Shown in pieces: positions 47,471-56,400 of a DNA stretch of 64,000 nt (positions within the stretch are counted from its first letter, which is position 1; every line of letters begins with the position of its first letter). The translations under genes and the position numbers were made by a program. The notes below the pieces were generated by a model, which was given only the letters and a program-made list of their open reading frames with translations, was not told the origin of the DNA and searched no databases. Source of the stretch: a virus; IMG/VR virus record IMGVR_UViG_3300039190_000120, positions 1-64,000 of that record. The stretch is one strand, 5' to 3'.

Positions 47471-48082
47471 TTAAATGTCGAGGTCCATCAGGTCAGGGGC
47501 ATCAACCCACTCACCATCATCCTCAAACGCCTCTTCAACGGTTTCTTCAACTTCCGCGTAATCCGACCAATTGGACTTCTTCTTGTTGCCACCACCCAGC
47601 ATCATCTCTTGAACCACGTCGTGGTCCTTGTTGCGGAGGCGGGCTTCCCACTCACTACCGCTCGTGTTGTATTCCTCAGGCTCGTAGGTCGTCAGGTCCT
47701 TCATCTGCTGAAGCTCTTCTTCCCCGGCAGACTTCCGGCCAAAGTAGTAGGTCCCATTAGCGCTCTGGTCGCCGTAAATAGCGTCAACTTCGCGCTCGAC
47801 AATCTCCAGAGACTGCATACTGGAACTCTCAGCCTCGACTAGCTTGGCAAGACGGTCGAGACGGCGGCACGTAGCTACCTTCTCCTCAGTGAGGTCGTTG
47901 CCTTCACCAAGCGTGTCAAGCACTAGACGGCTGATCTTCTTGGCAATTCTAGCTTCTGTATCGGCCTTGAGTTGCTTCATATCTCGGAGATTTGTCTCAA
48001 TCTCCTCGATCCATCGGCTGATTTTATTGAATTCACTCATTTGATCTCCAACTGTCTGGGGTCCTCTGGTCAATGCGGCCAC
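47471..48082 (-). CDS. hypothetical protein (possible virion/scaffold component; alternative start 48040)
   Basis: late-type motif upstream; coiled coil with acidic C-terminus. Confidence 0.6.
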   Translation of the reverse strand: MAALTRGPQTVGDQMSEFNKISRWIEEIETNLRDMKQLKADTEARIAKKISRLVLDTLGEGNDLTEEKVATCRRLDRLAKLVEAESSSMQSLEIVEREVDAIYGDQSANGTYYFGRKSAGEEELQQMKDLTTYEPEEYNTSGSEWEARLRNKDHDVVQEMMLGGGNKKKSNWSDYAEVEETVEEAFEDDGEWVDAPDLMDLDI

Positions 48083-48094
48083 CCAACAGTGACT

Positions 48095-48106
48095 ATCAAA
48101 GGATTA
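48095..48106 (-). promoter_or_regulatory. candidate late-promoter element
   Basis: TAATCCTTTGAT immediately after a terminator. Confidence 0.55.
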
Positions 48107-48125
48107 TTTGTGGGGAGGAGATCAC

Positions 48126-48157
48126 AAAAAAAGCCCCCCTGAGAAAACAGGAGGGCT
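48126..48157 (-). terminator. rho-independent terminator
   Basis: AGCCCUCCUG/CAGGGGGGCU stem followed by a U-run. Confidence 0.85.
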
Positions 48158-48183
48158 AGGGTACATCTAAATGTGGAGGTGGG

Positions 48184-48741
48184 TTAGGAAGCGAGGCCCA
48201 TCTGGTTCATGGCTTCCTTTCGCCACTCGGTACGAATGTCCCCGGACGCTGCACCTTGAGGACGCATAGGCACACCCAGCTCTTTGAGTGTCTTAGAGAG
48301 GGTCATCTCAGACACATCGGGATACACCTCTTGGAGTTCCGCCAGTGATAGGTCCTCTACCACATACAGACGAATAAGTCGCTCAGAGTCGACTTTCTCC
48401 ATGAAAGGTACAGGCTCTTCGTAATAGCCCAACTCTTCCATGATAGACTTGGCAACGTCCCAAGAACATTCAAGATGCTCAGAGAGGTCTTTGATGGTCA
48501 TATCGGGTTCCTCTGCCAAGAGGCCCGCTGCCTTCTCCCGTCTCTGGGCATGTAGCTGCTGATGGACGGGAGGTTCTTGCCTCTCCAGTCCCATCTTTCG
48601 GACGTGATACCAGACTGTTTGTTTGGAGACGCCTTCCCCGATACGCTCCCCAATCTCACTCAGGCTCAGGTACTCTTCCCCCTTCCGATCGAAGAGTACC
48701 TTAATCTTCTGCTTGTCTTCGGTGCTCACTCGTTGTCCCAT
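48184..48741 (-). CDS. multi-HTH DNA-binding protein
   Basis: three HTH-like units: LSLSEIG..VSKQTV, MTIKDLS..CSWD, LSLAEL..VSEMTL...LGVPMR. Confidence 0.7.
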   Translation of the reverse strand: MGQRVSTEDKQKIKVLFDRKGEEYLSLSEIGERIGEGVSKQTVWYHVRKMGLERQEPPVHQQLHAQRREKAAGLLAEEPDMTIKDLSEHLECSWDVAKSIMEELGYYEEPVPFMEKVDSERLIRLYVVEDLSLAELQEVYPDVSEMTLSKTLKELGVPMRPQGAASGDIRTEWRKEAMNQMGLAS

Positions 48742-48815
48742 TGGTGCTCCTTATAGTGCTCACGTTACGACCTCCATGCCTTTGTCTACAATCGTGAGAA
48801 ACTTGTCTATCTCCA

Positions 48816-48844
48816 TAGATACCACAAGAGAGGAAGTCCGTCAA
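48816..48844 (-). promoter_or_regulatory. sigma70-like promoter
   Basis: TTGACG-17 nt ending TGG-TATCTA. Confidence 0.6.
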
Positions 48845-49419
48845 AAGGGAAATTTATCTGCCAAGACGTGGCTTGGCGTCCTGTCACGCCAGTATCTGAC
48901 CTTGATTTTATTCAGGCCGGAACGGAAGTCAAAGTTGAGCGCCTCTGCACACCCCTTAGAGAGGTCCATCACGCCCCTCCACCGGCCCGGACTCTCGTCC
49001 ACATACCGCTTAGGACCCCACCCACCACCTTCTCTCTGCCGTACCAAGTATTGTCCCCCAGAGATGGGTACTTTGATGCCCCAGCCCCCTTCATGGAGGT
49101 TAGCTCCGTAGGGGCCACGGTCATTAACCCGACAAAAAGCTCGGTTTCCGGTCTTCACAACTTCCACGAGGACCATTGTGTTGAGCGGGATACTTCGGGA
49201 CGCACATGTACGCAGAGAGGGGTCAAATAGCTCCCCGGTTGCTGTACGACGTCCGTGCATTCCATTGTCCCCGGAACCTCCACCATACCACGAGGCCACC
49301 CCCGCCTGCTGGACAGGAGGGACTTGGACGGAGGGGAGGTCAACAGGCTCACCGGCTTGGTAATGCGCAAACATTGCCGTGAGAACCATTAGTTTTACAA
49401 CACTCATACGTATCACCAT
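48841..49419 (-). CDS. rlpA: RlpA-like (DPBB) lytic transglycosylase with signal peptide
   Basis: GVASWYG, TATGELFD, RVNDRGPY, MDLS..A. Confidence 0.85.
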   Translation of the reverse strand: MVIRMSVVKLMVLTAMFAHYQAGEPVDLPSVQVPPVQQAGVASWYGGGSGDNGMHGRRTATGELFDPSLRTCASRSIPLNTMVLVEVVKTGNRAFCRVNDRGPYGANLHEGGWGIKVPISGGQYLVRQREGGGWGPKRYVDESPGRWRGVMDLSKGCAEALNFDFRSGLNKIKVRYWRDRTPSHVLADKFPF

Positions 49420-49444
49420 GTATCAAAGGTCATCTAACTAGGGT

Positions 49445-49473
49445 CACATACCCTAAGATCACGCCCGTGTCAA
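49445..49473 (-). promoter_or_regulatory. sigma70-like promoter for rlpA
   Basis: TTGACA-17 nt ending GGG-TATGTG. Confidence 0.55.
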
Positions 49474-49522
49474 ATATCCTTTTGTAACGCTTAGAAGTAC
49501 CTAACTTACACGAGGCACCCGA

Positions 49523-49726
49523 ATGTCCAAAAAAGCTCCCCTATGTCAGATCATCAAGCCTGCCCCTTGGCAGAGCAAACCTTCGGATACCTCAGAGGGG
49601 CTTTACTGGCGTCAAGACGAATTCCAGACCCCCATCTCAGAAGTCAGCGAGACAATAGCTAAAGAGGAGGCCCCCACCAAGGAAATAGACACGAGGCTGC
49701 CGATGCCACAGATAGAGGAGGACTAG
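49523..49726 (+). CDS. hypothetical protein
   Basis: GAGG RBS. Confidence 0.45.
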   Translation: MSKKAPLCQIIKPAPWQSKPSDTSEGLYWRQDEFQTPISEVSETIAKEEAPTKEIDTRLPMPQIEED

Positions 49727-49811
49727 GGGAGTCCCGTATTCTGTTTATATATACCAACCTACAGCATGTAGGTATCTCTCACTATTTTGACGATCTTCGG
49801 CAGGTTTTGGC

Positions 49812-50247
49812 ATGGCATTCCCCCCAAACTCCCTGTTTATCAGGGTGCGGCATTTGAAAAATAATGCAGGGTCGCTGTACCTAAACGATCTGGACACCCA
49901 AGATAACAGGAACCAGCACCTCAAGATTCCTGTCTACGTGCCCTATGGTGCTACGGTCGACATTCCCCTGAATGATGCCGTGCTCATTTCGTACAAGCGC
50001 GGGTTGGATTGAGGTTAATAGTGTTGAGGTATCGGGAACTAGAATCCGTCACACTGCTGGAGACGCCACGGCCCAAATTAATCCGTGGTATGGATCAGTC
50101 ACATGGAATCGGGTGATATTAGATGTAGGTAGTAGCGATATTATCCGCATTGTGGTTGATATTGTGGATCACGGTGCTATTGAGACGGCCATTGAAACTG
50201 TGTCAGTGACCATCACAAACCTAGAGACCACCAACACGACGCCCTAA
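49812..50247 (+). pseudogene. probable single structural gene split by a +1 frame break near 50001
   Basis: ORF 49812-50012 ends YKRG; the +1 frame continues GWIEVNSVEV to 50247; span is 3n+1; TATTCTGTTTAT motif at 49737. Confidence 0.5.
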
Positions 50248-51065
50248 AGCACCCCTTTGAGTGTCTCAATAATTTCCGCACTCCCCAATGCAGTATCGGA
50301 GCCCACCACGGCCCCGGAGGAGATAGACCAGTCTCCTTCGGGGTCTACTTCATTGAGACGCCCTAGTACCCTCTCGGGGTCAAGATATGGGACGAGCCCG
50401 CTCTTCCTTCCTACCCTCACCTCTTCCTCTCGGAACCAGATCCCACACGTGTATCCCTCCTGATAAAGGAGATCCCACACGTAGTCTTCGGACTCGAATG
50501 CCACGAAAGGCCCCAGCTCGTCTAGAACAGTATACTCAGGATCGGGCATCTCTACAGGCGGTAGAATGCCGTCCTCTACATACCCAATGATCATCTGAGC
50601 ACACTGCGAGATCGTCTTCAGGATTTTTTCCACAGGGACTTGACTCCCTACGTACTGATCTGTAAGGTTCTTTAGCGTATACGTCAGCTCCATGTGTTCC
50701 AGTGGGATATGCCCAAAGGCCGGAGGCCCTAAGCGACTCACCAGATCAATGGAGCTGACTAGAGTCGTACAGCTAGGTTTGAGTACGATCCGTGGCTGGA
50801 TGAAAATCGCAGCCGCCATCAAAGCATCGTACCTGCTCCAGTTGGTAAGTACCAGTACAGAAGGCATGTCTTGGCCCAACAACACACGCTCATGAAACAA
50901 CCTCAAGGCACCGGGATCGAAGGGGGTAAACCCTTCACCATGATGCTCAAAGGCATAGAGACTCAGATCACGAGTCTCTTCGGGAGAGCACTGCGTTTCA
51001 AAGCAGATCACGCCCTCTTGGTAGCCGGTGAAACTTGGAAGAATACGAATCTGACGGTCAGACAT
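50244..51065 (-). CDS. hypothetical protein (DHH-phosphoesterase-like traces)
   Basis: GGGAG RBS; FEHHG and V.RKS motifs. Confidence 0.55.
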   Translation of the reverse strand: MSDRQIRILPSFTGYQEGVICFETQCSPEETRDLSLYAFEHHGEGFTPFDPGALRLFHERVLLGQDMPSVLVLTNWSRYDALMAAAIFIQPRIVLKPSCTTLVSSIDLVSRLGPPAFGHIPLEHMELTYTLKNLTDQYVGSQVPVEKILKTISQCAQMIIGYVEDGILPPVEMPDPEYTVLDELGPFVAFESEDYVWDLLYQEGYTCGIWFREEEVRVGRKSGLVPYLDPERVLGRLNEVDPEGDWSISSGAVVGSDTALGSAEIIETLKGVL

Positions 51066-51198
51066 ATGGTTTGCTCCCTGACGTTTTCGACGGATGGGGG
51101 CGTAATTCATTTATATCCGCGACGTATAGATGCTGTACCGATAACTAGATCGACGTGCAGACATAAACTGAGCGGAATCCGTCAATTAGGAGGTTGTC

Positions 51199-52146
51199 TT
51201 GAGTAAGAAGTGGACACAAGATCGAATCAAAGAAGCCCTCACCATTCTTAGCAAACACCATGAGTATAGTCAAGCTCTAGAAGAGATTGACGAGTCCTCT
51301 AACTCGCTTGGATCTGCCTTCCAGAGAGGTGGTCTCGAAGCGCCCACCACCTACCTCGCAGAGGATGAAAAGGAAGCGCTCTTCCGCCGCAACAGTCATT
51401 TGCCGGAAGGCCTGCGTAGCATCGTGGTGTTCAATGACGTGCACGTTCCCTTCCACAACAAAAACGGCGTGGAGGCTGTGCTCGACTTCTGCCGGGATAA
51501 CCAACCGGACGTGATCGTGATCAACGGGGACTTCCTCGATTGCTACTCGATCAGTGACTTCCACAAGGCTCCGGGAATGCCCGTTCTACAGGACGAGCTG
51601 GACGAGGGGCTGGAGATCTTGGAGAAGCTGCGGCGCTACTGCCCACTCTCAGAGATCTGGTACACAGAGGGCAACCACGAAGAACGCCTTCGCCGTCTGA
51701 TCAAGCAGCAGCACGGGCTTTACGGGCTCAAGGCCTTTACCCTCGAATCTCTGCTTGAATTCGACCGCCTCGGTATCAACTACAAGCAGTATGGTGACGT
51801 CGTTTGGTTTGGCGATCTCGCCATCTACCACGGCACGCACATCAGTGGTCACGCTGCTTACTCGGCTCGACGTGAGCTGGAGCGTGGTGGCTTTAAGTAT
51901 TGCATCACCGGCCACGTCCACCGTCTCGGGTTTCACCACCGCAAAGGCTACACGGGGAACCGGATGGCCCTTGAGAACGGCGGGCTCTTCGACATTGAGC
52001 AGTGTGACTACATGCTGAATCCGAACTGGATGAATGGCTTCTCCATCGTCTACCAAGACGTAGAAAAGGATTTCATTCAGATCAACCCGATCCCGATGGA
52101 GTATGACGGGACGTTCATCTGGAACAACAAATGGTACGGCTGCTAA
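51199..52146 (+). CDS. calcineurin-like metallophosphoesterase
   Basis: AGGAGG plus TTG start; DVHVP, NGDFLD, GNHE, HG, GHVHR. Confidence 0.88.
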   Translation: MSKKWTQDRIKEALTILSKHHEYSQALEEIDESSNSLGSAFQRGGLEAPTTYLAEDEKEALFRRNSHLPEGLRSIVVFNDVHVPFHNKNGVEAVLDFCRDNQPDVIVINGDFLDCYSISDFHKAPGMPVLQDELDEGLEILEKLRRYCPLSEIWYTEGNHEERLRRLIKQQHGLYGLKAFTLESLLEFDRLGINYKQYGDVVWFGDLAIYHGTHISGHAAYSARRELERGGFKYCITGHVHRLGFHHRKGYTGNRMALENGGLFDIEQCDYMLNPNWMNGFSIVYQDVEKDFIQINPIPMEYDGTFIWNNKWYGC

Positions 52147-52177
52147 GGCCACCACCCACTACCAAGGATAAAGCACG

Positions 52178-52894
52178 ATGCTACTACTAATAGACGGTAT
52201 TGACGGTGCGGGGAAGAGCACTCTCCTAGAGGCACTGCTCGACCTCATTCTCGAAGTCGACCACGACTACCACGACGGATTCAAACACGTCGTCAATACC
52301 TTCCAGTTCCCCTCTCGTATGCCGCAAGGCCCGGAGAAGGCAGATGCGTTCAGTCGGACCATGTTCCACCTGAATGACTTCTTCGAGACGATGCGAGATC
52401 ACAAAGGGTTTGACGACATTCGCATCTGCGACCGGTCGTTTATCACCACAATGGCCTACCAAGGTTTCAATGAGAAGGCGGGGGAGGCTCTCTTGAGTCA
52501 CCGCTTCGAGTCGATCATGACTCTTGGAGCAGAGGCCATGCTCACCACACGGAATCCCTCGGATATGGAGAGCACCAAAGACGTATTCTTCCTGCACGTC
52601 AAGTGTGACCCGGAAGAAGCCGCCAAGCGTATCCTAAGCCGTTCTACGGATAGGGTAGGTGAGATCGAGCAGGAGTCCAACCCCGAAGCCCTGAGAGAAC
52701 GTCTGGCGACGTTACAGGACCGTCTGAACCTGTGTTATGCAGAGACTCGGATGCGGATTGACCCTCTACTCCCCCAGCACAACTACTTCTTTCTCGAAGT
52801 GGATAGCACGGAGACGGGAACCAAAGAGATGGCTGAACAGGTTATGGACTTGATCAAGCCTATCAAGTGGCCCCAACAGACCTCAATTTTCTAA
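52178..52894 (+). CDS. tmk: thymidylate/dNMP kinase
   Basis: IDGIDGAGKST, ICDRS...MAYQG. Confidence 0.8.
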   Translation: MLLLIDGIDGAGKSTLLEALLDLILEVDHDYHDGFKHVVNTFQFPSRMPQGPEKADAFSRTMFHLNDFFETMRDHKGFDDIRICDRSFITTMAYQGFNEKAGEALLSHRFESIMTLGAEAMLTTRNPSDMESTKDVFFLHVKCDPEEAAKRILSRSTDRVGEIEQESNPEALRERLATLQDRLNLCYAETRMRIDPLLPQHNYFFLEVDSTETGTKEMAEQVMDLIKPIKWPQQTSIF

Positions 52895-53199
52895 TCTAGC
52901 CACAGGTCAAGTATCTCTTTGACCACGGCAGTGCCGAAATGTTCGGTCCCAGCATACAGATGGATAGAGGTACCCACCTCAATAGCCCGGTGTTTCTCGG
53001 GTCCGGTTACTAGGAATGACAGCCGGGCTTCCTGAGTATCACCGGGCTCCAGTACCCCACCCTCCCCGAAGTCAACCCTAACCGTCCACATATTAGAGGC
53101 ACCCTCGTAATCAGAAGGTACGATGATACCGGTCTTGATAGGTCGGGTGTGTATGCCACCCTCGTGGTACGTGAAGTCTACTAGCAGATCATACTTCAT
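52891..53199 (-). CDS. stand-alone EF-Tu domain-III-like protein
   Basis: EGGIHT, LEPGD, G..I.L..G...FG.AVVKEI are colinear with EF-Tu EGGRHT, VMPGD, GLRFAIREGGRTVGAGVV. Confidence 0.65.
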   Translation of the reverse strand: MKYDLLVDFTYHEGGIHTRPIKTGIIVPSDYEGASNMWTVRVDFGEGGVLEPGDTQEARLSFLVTGPEKHRAIEVGTSIHLYAGTEHFGTAVVKEILDLWLD

Positions 53200-53210
53200 A
53201 GGGGTCCTCT

Positions 53211-53243
53211 AAAAGCAAAGCCGGACCTCCTAGAAGGCCCGGC
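53211..53243 (-). terminator. rho-independent terminator
   Basis: GCCGGGCCUU/GAGGUCCGGC stem followed by UUUGCUUUU. Confidence 0.8.
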
Positions 53244-53269
53244 GAAGGTACAAGTGGGTTAGGCGGTGC

Positions 53270-53449
53270 CTAGAACTGCAGGATAGTGACACCACGGTTG
53301 GACTTCTCCTCGTCCTCTTCCTTATGCTCTTCCCAATTCTCACCGGAAGCTGGGGGAAGGGGGAGGTCTATCTGAGGACGCTCACGTTCTCTCTCACGTT
53401 CACGGTCCTTTTTGATTTTGTCGTATACAATGTAGTCAGGCAATCGCAT
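53270..53449 (-). CDS. 59-aa charged protein with its own promoter and terminator (not in ORF track)
   Basis: GAGGAG RBS; MRLPDYIVYDKIKKDRERERERERPQIDLPLPP...NRGVTILQF. Confidence 0.75.
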   Translation of the reverse strand: MRLPDYIVYDKIKKDRERERERERPQIDLPLPPASGENWEEHKEEDEEKSNRGVTILQF

Positions 53450-53492
53450 CGTTTACTCCTCAATGAGAGGACAACTAAACTCTCTCTAGTGT

Positions 53493-53521
53493 CTAATACC
53501 CTAGAGAGACTACTGCGTAAA
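53493..53521 (-). promoter_or_regulatory. sigma70-like promoter overlapped by a 9-bp inverted repeat
   Basis: TTTACG-17 nt ending GGG-TATTAG; tctctctag 53481-53489 / ctagagaga 53501-53509. Confidence 0.65.
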
Positions 53522-53523
53522 AT

Positions 53524-53742
53524 TTATCCAGTAACTACGGACGACACCAAGAGGTCAGGGTCCACGTCCTTTTGGAGGTACGCTTCCAGCTCTCTAATCA
53601 CTTTCACATCGAGGCCCTCAAGGCGCTCTACAAATACGGTCTGAAGACTAGCGTCATAGTCCTCATAGACGACCAGTTCTTGGTCGGTGGTAGGCAGGCG
53701 TTCCTGCCAGTTGAGAAAAGCGGTTTCTATCTGATCCCTCAT
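53524..53742 (-). CDS. hypothetical protein
   Basis: operon position. Confidence 0.55.
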   Translation of the reverse strand: MRDQIETAFLNWQERLPTTDQELVVYEDYDASLQTVFVERLEGLDVKVIRELEAYLQKDVDPDLLVSSVVTG

Positions 53743-53746
53743 TGGG

Positions 53747-54598
53747 TCACTCCGTATATAGCTTATCCTGAGCTTTCCGGTAAACGTGCTTCCACGTCTT
53801 GCCTCTCAGGATATTGTGCATTGATGATGAATTAATTCCGAACATCTGAGCCAGATCCTTCTGCTGAAAGTCACCGGTAGAGTATCTACGGTGGGCCTCC
53901 CAAACCTGATCTTCGGTGAGTTTGGAGACTTTCTCACAAAGGTTCCTTTTCTCCGCAGAGGATTTCGTGTGCCCTTTTGCGGGGCTTTCATGGTGCTCGT
54001 AATATTGTTGGAGTGACTGGCTAATCTTTTCTCGTACTTCGGGTTTGCGTTCCTTCCCATAGTAGTGATGATTTTCACCTGAGTAATTGGGCCGCTTCTT
54101 ACCTTTCCAAAAGCCCGCTGCAAACTCGGGGTTAGCTTTGCGGATAGCCTCCTTATGCGCCTCTGACAGATGCCTTCCGGACTTCGCCGCAGATAGCTTT
54201 TGCTTTGTACTTTCAGGGAGGCTCTTACCCCAGAGATAGTGATTCTCTCCTGCTATATCAGGCCGCTTTTTACCTTCCCAATACTTGGACGGTGTTTCTG
54301 CATCCTGAGCAATGTTGTATAGCTGATCCCACCTATCCGATTCCAGATAGACATTGAAGTACATTTGTTCCCGCACAGATAGAGCAACTACCGGACACTC
54401 CTCAACCAGACGGAACTCAAAGGCATCCTCACCATATTTGTTCCAAGCATTTTGAAGATGTTGGTTCACATGCCTCCCGGTAATTAGGCGGTACTTATGT
54501 GTGACGTACCGCTTCGATACGTTTTCTGACTGCCCTATGTACCTCTTGCCTGTCCGCACATTTACTATCTGGTAGATGCCGCTGGTCATGCTAATCAC
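53747..54598 (-). CDS. GIY-YIG homing endonuclease with NUMOD3 repeats and C-terminal HTH
   Basis: SGIYQI...RYIGQS, N.HLQNAWNKYG, E, YNI; repeated G+..S..+K+S. Confidence 0.92.
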   Translation of the reverse strand: MISMTSGIYQIVNVRTGKRYIGQSENVSKRYVTHKYRLITGRHVNQHLQNAWNKYGEDAFEFRLVEECPVVALSVREQMYFNVYLESDRWDQLYNIAQDAETPSKYWEGKKRPDIAGENHYLWGKSLPESTKQKLSAAKSGRHLSEAHKEAIRKANPEFAAGFWKGKKRPNYSGENHHYYGKERKPEVREKISQSLQQYYEHHESPAKGHTKSSAEKRNLCEKVSKLTEDQVWEAHRRYSTGDFQQKDLAQMFGINSSSMHNILRGKTWKHVYRKAQDKLYTE

Positions 54599-54777
54599 TC
54601 AGGGTAATCATTCACATGGAAGCCCGGACCTTCTAGCTTAAATGAGGGTGCGGAGATTAACTTCTTGGTTTCGCCCTCGCATTCGGGGCACTCAGGGTCG
54701 GGATCGTCGTGCTTGGATAGTTCTTTGAACTCGTGCTCACATTCGGCGTTGGTACACTGATAACGGTATATAGGCAT
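54595..54777 (-). CDS. FmdB-family zinc-ribbon protein
   Basis: MPIYRYQC...C...F...CPEC...LIS...F.L.G.GF..NDY. Confidence 0.85.
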   Translation of the reverse strand: MPIYRYQCTNAECEHEFKELSKHDDPDPECPECEGETKKLISAPSFKLEGPGFHVNDYPE

Positions 54778-54778
54778 A

Positions 54779-55321
54779 TCATTGACTCTCGACTTGGATA
54801 CTAAAGGGACTGGCGTCCTCGCAGTACCACGTATCACAGAAGAAATGGAAGGTAGTAGCATCAGGGCTGATACGTAGGACTACTGGCTTCTTAACACGGC
54901 GGCGGCCTTTCGTGTCAAGTGCATCGGCCACCGACGTCTCTAGCATGAGGTATCTCTTCTTGCGTAGGATACCAAGTCCCTCTTCCTGTACGGCTTTCAG
55001 GTCACGCCCGTTAATCAGGTAGAAGAGGTCTTGCTCAGGGGCGGCTATGGGGTAGTCAAACTGTTCAGTCGTATGCCCTGTGAGCGCCCGGTATTGGTTT
55101 CCATCTCTTACATCGAAGTACGTACCTTCTCCATCTTCGAGGGCCTCTTTAATGAGGGCCTCTGGAAGCTCCATCGGCTGGGACAGTTGGAGCCCGTAGA
55201 CGATGCTCTCTGTGTCGACGAATCCCTCTTCGTCAAGGTACAGGTCGTACCTCTCAGGGTCGTGTCGGAGAGCATCGAGAAGCATCTTGCGTACTTGTGA
55301 CTTCGTTACGTCAGTCATCAC
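54779..55321 (-). CDS. degenerate RNA 2'-phosphotransferase (Tpt1/KptA-like)
   Basis: LRHDPE...L.LDEEGFV, YRALTGH, PVVL.I; lacks KxRF, HGT and VHLS. Confidence 0.7.
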   Translation of the reverse strand: MMTDVTKSQVRKMLLDALRHDPERYDLYLDEEGFVDTESIVYGLQLSQPMELPEALIKEALEDGEGTYFDVRDGNQYRALTGHTTEQFDYPIAAPEQDLFYLINGRDLKAVQEEGLGILRKKRYLMLETSVADALDTKGRRRVKKPVVLRISPDATTFHFFCDTWYCEDASPFSIQVESQ

Positions 55322-56115
55322 GACCCCCTCTGGGTAAGCGTCGTCAGGTATCCGTTCAGAGCGTCTAGGGTAGTAGCTTGGTAGAAGAACCGGGAGGCTC
55401 CACCTTCGTCCCCTGAATCAGGCTCATTAGCATAGTTGCCTCCCGTAACAAACCAACTGGAGGGGTTACTCTTACTTGAAGTAAGGTTTCCTCTACCTCT
55501 AGCCCTAAGCATACCACTCTGTTGATCCAGTAGGTGGACGGGGCAGTCAGGTTGGCATCTCCAGTCGTCTACTTCCTCTGTACCATCATCATTGACCAGC
55601 CACTTAGAGCGAGCATCCTCAAACTCTTGACCAGAGCCCTGCATGAACATGGAGTTGGTTGTAAGCCCGCTCTTAGCGCCGATCTTGCCGGAGCCATTGG
55701 AAGGCTTTACGTTCTTCGTACCTACGCACTCACATTCGGGACCATGTACTAGGAGGAAATTAGAGGGGAAGCGACCGTGATCTTTAATCTCAGTCTCAGT
55801 TCCAGTCACAAACCCATCGACGAAGCCGGTGCGGTCTGCTTTTGGCTTTGAGGCATTGGTCCGCGTAGTGTTCCCAATACGACCAGAAGCAATGTCGAGA
55901 TAGCCAGTCCCCTTACGCACCGCTTGGCTCACTATGGTATCAGCTAGAGGTGCCCGGAGAAGAAGGCCCATTGTAGGTCCGTTAGGGGCTTGGATAGAGA
56001 AGCAGTCTCGCACTTCTAGCCCCGCACGCCTCGCTTGGAAACCGGCACGATCGACGGTGATAGGGTCCGTTAGAAGGACTAGGTACTCGCCTGCTTGTAG
56101 GCTCAAGTCAGTCAT
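55318..56115 (-). CDS. DNA N6/N4-methyltransferase-derived protein lacking DPPY and FxGxG motifs
   Basis: AGLEVRD, LLRAPL..TI, GTGYLDI, GRFPSN, CPV..LD.QSG, GGASRFF. Confidence 0.7.
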   Translation of the reverse strand: MTDLSLQAGEYLVLLTDPITVDRAGFQARRAGLEVRDCFSIQAPNGPTMGLLLRAPLADTIVSQAVRKGTGYLDIASGRIGNTTRTNASKPKADRTGFVDGFVTGTETEIKDHGRFPSNFLLVHGPECECVGTKNVKPSNGSGKIGAKSGLTTNSMFMQGSGQEFEDARSKWLVNDDGTEEVDDWRCQPDCPVHLLDQQSGMLRARGRGNLTSSKSNPSSWFVTGGNYANEPDSGDEGGASRFFYQATTLDALNGYLTTLTQRGS

Positions 56116-56389
56116 CTTCGGGTACAACCACTTTGATGGTGCCGTGTTCTTCGAGGTCGAGGATATGACCGCCGCCTCCAGTGACGCCCTCTTCTTGGTC
56201 AGGCCATCCCTCAGGCAGCTCGTCTGCGAACTTGTAGCGAATCCACCGTGGACCTCTGGAATGTTCCTCGAACTCCATCTCCGGGAAGCAGGCCTGCACT
56301 GCCAACTCAGGCTCGGGGGCCGCCACATAGTCGGCCTTCTTGAGAGGCAGGGAGATGCGGTACTTATTTAGGTCGGTGGATTCGCACAT
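56108..56389 (-). CDS. hypothetical protein
   Basis: operon position, GAGGT RBS. Confidence 0.55.
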   Translation of the reverse strand: MCESTDLNKYRISLPLKKADYVAAPEPELAVQACFPEMEFEEHSRGPRWIRYKFADELPEGWPDQEEGVTGGGGHILDLEEHGTIKVVVPEDD

Positions 56390-56400
56390 AGGAGGTACCT

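Noticed and set aside
53378-53406. Short tandem repeat tcacgttc
   Set aside because: Explained by the Arg-Glu codon run of the 59-aa gene.
53747-54598. Group I intron around the GIY-YIG endonuclease
   Set aside because: The ORF is coupled directly to intact flanking genes with no room for intron core structure, so it is treated as free-standing.
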